Assembly: GCA_963708025.1 (NCBI GenBank)
Contig: CAVPSB010000036.1
Span: 1-13,697, forward strand
Origin: an uncultured Candidatus Rokubacteria bacterium
GTDB lineage: Bacteria > Methylomirabilota > Methylomirabilia > Rokubacteriales > DASRDR01
Direction: 5' to 3'
DNA length: 13,697 nt
Shown here: in pieces, positions 9,702 to 13,697 of the stretch
Layout: each line of letters starts with the position of its first letter
Position numbering within the stretch: the first letter of the stretch is position 1
The notes under the pieces: generated by a model
What the model was told of the DNA's origin: nothing
Seen by the model: only the letters and a program-made list of their open reading frames with translations
The model's database searches: none
Position numbers and translations under genes: made by a program

Positions 9702-12194
9702 ATGCACAGGAAGATCGTTCTGCCGGCGATCCTGGTCTCTGACCGCGGCGGCCGTCGCTCGTCGCGTTCCTCGTGCCCATCACCGTCGGCGGCCAGGAGG
9801 GGCCGGCGAAGCCCGGCGTCGCCCGCCTACACGGAAGCGCTGACGTCGAAGGCCCTGCCGCCCGCCGCCGCCGAAGTTCGGCGGCGAGATCAAGGCGACT
9901 GCGGCCGCAGTCCACGCCGTGGTGGCCGCCGACGGTCGTGCCGCCCAAGGGCGCGCCCGAACGTGCTGCTCATCATGCTCGACGACGCCGGCTACGGCTC
10001 GGAGGGCACCTTCGGCGGCACCATCCCGACCCCCACGCTCGACCGGATCGCCCAGACGGGGCTGCGCTACACGCACGTTCCACTCGGCGGCGCTCTGCTC
10101 GCCGACCCGGGCCGCGCTGATCACCGGTCGCAACCATCACTCGGTGCACTTCGGCATCGTCGCCGAGGGCGCGACCGGCTATCCCGGCTACGACACCATC
10201 GTCAAGAAGGACACCGCCACCGTCGCCGAGATCCTGCGCCAGAACGGCTACGGGACGTCGTGGTTCGGCAAGAACCACAACGTGGCCGGCTGGCTCGCGA
10301 CCCAGGCCGGACCGTTCGACCAGTGGCCGGTCGGCATGGGCTTCGACTACTTCTACGGCTTCGTCGGCGGCGACTCGAGCCAGTGGCAGCCGAACCTCTT
10401 CCGCAACACGACGTCGATCGCGCCCTACGAGGGCAACCCGTCGTGGAACCTCATCACCGCGATGGCCGACGAGGCGATCGGCTACATGAACCAGCTGAAC
10501 GCGGTCGCGCCGGACAAGCCGTTCTTCGTCTACTACGTGCCGGGCGCCACGCACGCGCCCGCATCACCCGACCAAGGAGTGGATCGAGAAGTTCAAGGGC
10601 AAGTTCGACCACGGCTGGAACGAGGAGCGCGAGCGGATCTTCGCGAACCAGAAGCGGCTCGGCGTGATCCCGGCCAACGCCAAGCTGACGGCGTGGCCGG
10701 ACAGCGTGCCCAAGTGGGACACGTTCTCGCCGGACGAGCAAGAAGATGCTCGCGCGCCAGGCCGAGGTGTACGCGGGCTACCTGGCCTACGCCGACCACG
10801 AGATCGGCCGCGTGGTCCAGGCGGTCGAGGACATGGGCAAGCTCGACAACACGCTCGTCATCTACATCGGCGGCGACAACGGCGCGAGCCCCGAGGGCAC
10901 GACGCTCGGCACGCCCGAACGAGTTCGCCACGTTCAACAGCGTCGTCGTCCCGCTGAAGGACCAGCTGAAGTACTACGACGCCTGGGGCTCCGATGCAGA
11001 CCTTCCCGCACTACGCGGTGGGCTGGGCGTGGGCCTTCGGCACGCCGTTCAAGTGGACCAAGCAGGTGGCCTCGCACTTCGGCGGCACCCGGCAGGGCAT
11101 GGCGATCTCGTGGCCCGCAGCGCATCAAGGACGCCGGCGGCATCCGCCACCAGTTCCATCACGTCATCGACATCGTGCCGACGATCCTCGAGGCGACGGG
11201 CATCCAGATGCCGGACACCGTGGACGGCATCCCGCAGAAGCCGATGGACGGCGTGAGCATGGTCTACACCTGGGACAAGGCCAACGCCAACGCGCCCTCG
11301 AGGCGCACGACGCAGTACTTCGAGATGCTGGCCATGCGCGGCATCTACCACGACGGGTGGATGGCGTCCACGACGCCGCCCTTCGTGCCGTGGGCGGCGT
11401 TCGAGGGCCTGCCCCAGAAGGCGCCCAAGGACATCGTGAACGGCTACACCTGGGAGCTGTACAAGCTGGCCGACGATCCCACGCAGGCCGACGACATCGC
11501 GGCCAAGAACCCCCAGAAGCTCGCCGAGATGCAGAAGATCTTCATGGCCGAGGCGGCGAAGTACAACGTGCTGCCGCTCGACAACCGGTCGCTCTCGCGC
11601 TTCATCCAGCCCAAGCCGAGCGCGACCGGCGGCCGCACCGTGTTCACCTACACCGGCGAGATCAGCAACATCCCGAAGGGCGGCGCGCCCGTTCGTCCTC
11701 GATCGGTCCTACACGATCACCGCCGAGGTGGAGATTCCGCAGGGCGGAGCCGACGGGATGCTGGTGACCGACGGCGGGCGGTTCGGCGGCTTCGGCTTCT
11801 ACCTCCTGAAGGGCAAGCCGGTGTTCGTCTACAACTACGTCAACGTGGAGCGCGTTCCGCTGGGAAGCGAAGGACGCGCTCGCGCCCGGCAAGCACACGA
11901 TCGTGTTCGACTTCGAGTACGACGGGATCGGCTTCGGGCTCGGCGGCCGCGGCCGGCTCACGGTGGACGGCAAGGTGGTCGACGCCAAGAGGATCGCCAA
12001 GACCCTGCCCTTCCTCTTCCCGGAGGACGAGACCTTCGACGTCGGCGTCGACACGCGCACGCCGATCGACGACCGGGACTACCAGGTGCCGTTCCGCTTC
12101 CAGGGCAAGCTCGTCAAGCTGACGGTGGAGCTCCAGCCGATCAAGGGGACGCTCGCGCAGATCATCGACGTTCAAGTGGAGCACGCGGGACTAG
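9702..12194 (+). CDS. atsA: Arylsulfatase paralogue 2 (formylglycine-dependent S1 sulfatase, AtsA-like, about 825 aa) with N-terminal hydrophobic leader; more than 10 frameshifts
   Basis: SD GGAG 9691 and ATG 9702. [12 protein letters not shown]...[17 protein letters not shown]...[13 protein letters not shown]...[17 protein letters not shown] (10096-10110), [86 protein letters not shown]. Probable end ...AQIIDFKWSTRD* (TAG 12192-12194) after correcting an indel near 12170. The symbol denotes family only. Confidence 0.93.
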
Positions 12195-12217
12195 GTGCCG
12201 CCGGGGAAGAGAACGCC

Positions 12218-12598
12218 GTGACGCCGCTGACCGCGAAGCTGCTCATGCTGGGCGCCGTCGGGGAGGCGGCGACGGGCGTCGTCCTGGCGACGTACCCCGA
12301 GGTGTTCATCCGCCTCCTGATGGGTGCCGAGCTGTCGGGGGCGGGAATCGCGCTGGGCCGCCTCACCGGCTTCGCCTTGCTCGCTCTGGGCATGGCCTGC
12401 TGGCCCCGGGGCCAGGCCGCCACCGGCAACCGTGCGGCGCTCCCGGCGATGTTGACCTACAGCCTCCTGGCCGCGGTCTACCTGGCGGCCCTGGGGCTCG
12501 GTGGCACCCTGGTCGGGATCCTGTTGTGGCCGGCGGTCGTGGCCCACGCGGTCCTCGCGCTCCTCCTCGCTCGCGCATGGTTCGGTCGCCCCCCATGA
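12218..12598 (+). CDS. Hypothetical integral membrane protein (126 aa, about 4 TM)
   Basis: GTG 12218 after ggggaagag. LLMLGAVGEAATGVVLATYPEVFIRLLMG...GRLTGFALLALGMACWP...AMLTYSLLAAVYLAALGLGG...GILLWPAVVAHAVLALLL has four hydrophobic segments and coding-type GC3. Confidence 0.8.
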   Translation: MTPLTAKLLMLGAVGEAATGVVLATYPEVFIRLLMGAELSGAGIALGRLTGFALLALGMACWPRGQAATGNRAALPAMLTYSLLAAVYLAALGLGGTLVGILLWPAVVAHAVLALLLARAWFGRPP

Positions 12599-12900
12599 CG
12601 CACACCGCCAGAACGTGATGCGGCGGACGGGCGTGGCGGCCACAGTGGCCGCGGGTCGCCTGCGGCTCGGCTGGCTCAGCACCGACGCTGCGCGGGCGAC
12701 GGCCCGGCTCCTAGCCGCCGACGGGCCACAAGACCCGGCGTCGTCACGCTCCTGGCTAGGTCGATCGGCCCGGACGACCCGGAGGGCTCGGCGTTCCCCC
12801 TGCTCCAGTCGGTGGCCATGGCGGCGGTGGCGCACAGCCGCGCCCGAAGCGCCATCGGCCGCCCGACGCGACGCCGGCCCGGGAAGGAGCTAGCGTCCCC

Positions 12901-13617
12901 ATGAGCACGCTCGCCGTGCCCCCCGCCGCGGCCAGACCGTCTTTCTGGCGCCGCGCCCTCGCCTGGTACGTCGAGTTGGTGAAGGAGATCCTGCCACCCA
13001 CGACTTTCTTCTTTGTCGGCTTCAACCTGATCCTCTGGACCAAGCAGATGATCCTGGAGGAGCGCGGCATCAAGTTCGGCGGCTACCTGGCGGCCACGGC
13101 GGCGGCGCTGCTCGTCGGCAAGGCGGTGCTGGTCACCGACCACATGCCCTTCATGCGCCGGTTCGACGGCGCCCCGCTGATCCAGCCGATCCTCTTCAAG
13201 GCCGCGATCTATTGGGTCTGCGTGTTCCTCGTCCGGCTCGGCGAGGGGCTGTTTCACTTCCTTCGCGAAGGCGGCGCGCTGGCCGGATTTCTGCCGCACC
13301 TGATGGAGAGCTTCTCGTGGCCGCGCTTCCTCACGATCCAGGTCTGGTTGATGGTGCTGTTCCTCATCTACGTCACCATCCACGAGCTCAACTCGCTGTT
13401 CGGCGACGGCGAGCTGTATCGCCTGTTCTTTCGCTGGCGATCCAGCCAGGCCAAGCTGACCCGGCGGCAGCGCATCCGGCTGCTGGCGCGCCTCAGCCGC
13501 CTGACCGAAGCGAACACCGTCGAAGCGTTGAGCGATCCTCGTTCCCCCGCGCACGCCGAGTTGGTGGCGATCGTCCGCACACTTGCCTCGCCGCCTGCCG
13601 CCGTCCCCGGCCGATGA
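12901..13617 (+). CDS. Conserved hypothetical membrane protein (238 aa, about 4 TM plus a basic soluble C-terminal tail)
   Basis: SD AAGGAG about 12884-12889 and ATG 12901; uninterrupted ORF. EILPPTTFFFVGFNLI..., AALLVGKAVLVTDHMPFMRRFDGAPLIQPILFKAAIYW..., WPRFLTIQVWLMVLFLIYVTIHEL...GDGELYRLFF. Confidence 0.85.
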   Translation: MSTLAVPPAAARPSFWRRALAWYVELVKEILPPTTFFFVGFNLILWTKQMILEERGIKFGGYLAATAAALLVGKAVLVTDHMPFMRRFDGAPLIQPILFKAAIYWVCVFLVRLGEGLFHFLREGGALAGFLPHLMESFSWPRFLTIQVWLMVLFLIYVTIHELNSLFGDGELYRLFFRWRSSQAKLTRRQRIRLLARLSRLTEANTVEALSDPRSPAHAELVAIVRTLASPPAAVPGR

Positions 13618-13697
13618 CCACCGGGGCATCGTGGGGAGCGCCCTGGCACTGATTGGTCAGGGCGGCATTCTGGCGGCGATCCTGGTCCTCATCGCCG
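13614..13697 (+). CDS. 5' end of a further hydrophobic ORF (partial, runs off the window)
   Basis: Open frame GIVGSALALIGQGGILAAILVLIA to the window end. The start is either GTG 13631 (in frame) or ATG 13614 (ATGA overlap with the previous stop; needs one extra G in the G4 run). Confidence 0.45.

Noticed and set aside
11903..12598. Apparent fusion of the sulfatase 2 C-terminus to the 4-TM protein
   Set aside because: One indel near 12170 restores a natural end (FKWSTRD*, TAG 12194), and the membrane gene has its own purine-rich SD and GTG; indels are frequent in this gene.
12825..12845. TGGCGC as a second sigma54 promoter before the 238-aa membrane gene
   Set aside because: No GC at the required 10-nt spacing from the GG.

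Overview
High-GC bacterial window with three blocks. (1) 1-3061 (-): a putative catabolic cluster with a DhpH/PRK07236-like FAD monooxygenase, a cupin, an internally deleted LVIVD-repeat beta-propeller gene and an MDR-family dehydrogenase that runs off the left edge. (2) 3136-4351 (+): a partly decayed module of exported proteins, comprising a 5'-truncated DUF2092 gene, an intact Ala/Gln-repeat protein with a DUF6515-like C-terminus, and a broken second DUF6515-like gene. (3) 4365-13697: a GAF-GAF-AAA+-HTH sigma54 activator (-) facing away from a clear -24/-12 promoter. That promoter precedes a STAS-domain gene, two tandem paralogous Cys-type arylsulfatases, two uncharacterised membrane proteins and the start of another hydrophobic ORF. 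Many genes are broken by 1-2 bp indels, mostly insertions and mostly in the two sulfatases, which looks like long-read consensus error rather than decay. No rRNA, tRNA, CRISPR array or mobile element was seen. Family assignments come from motif recognition and recall, not from database searches.
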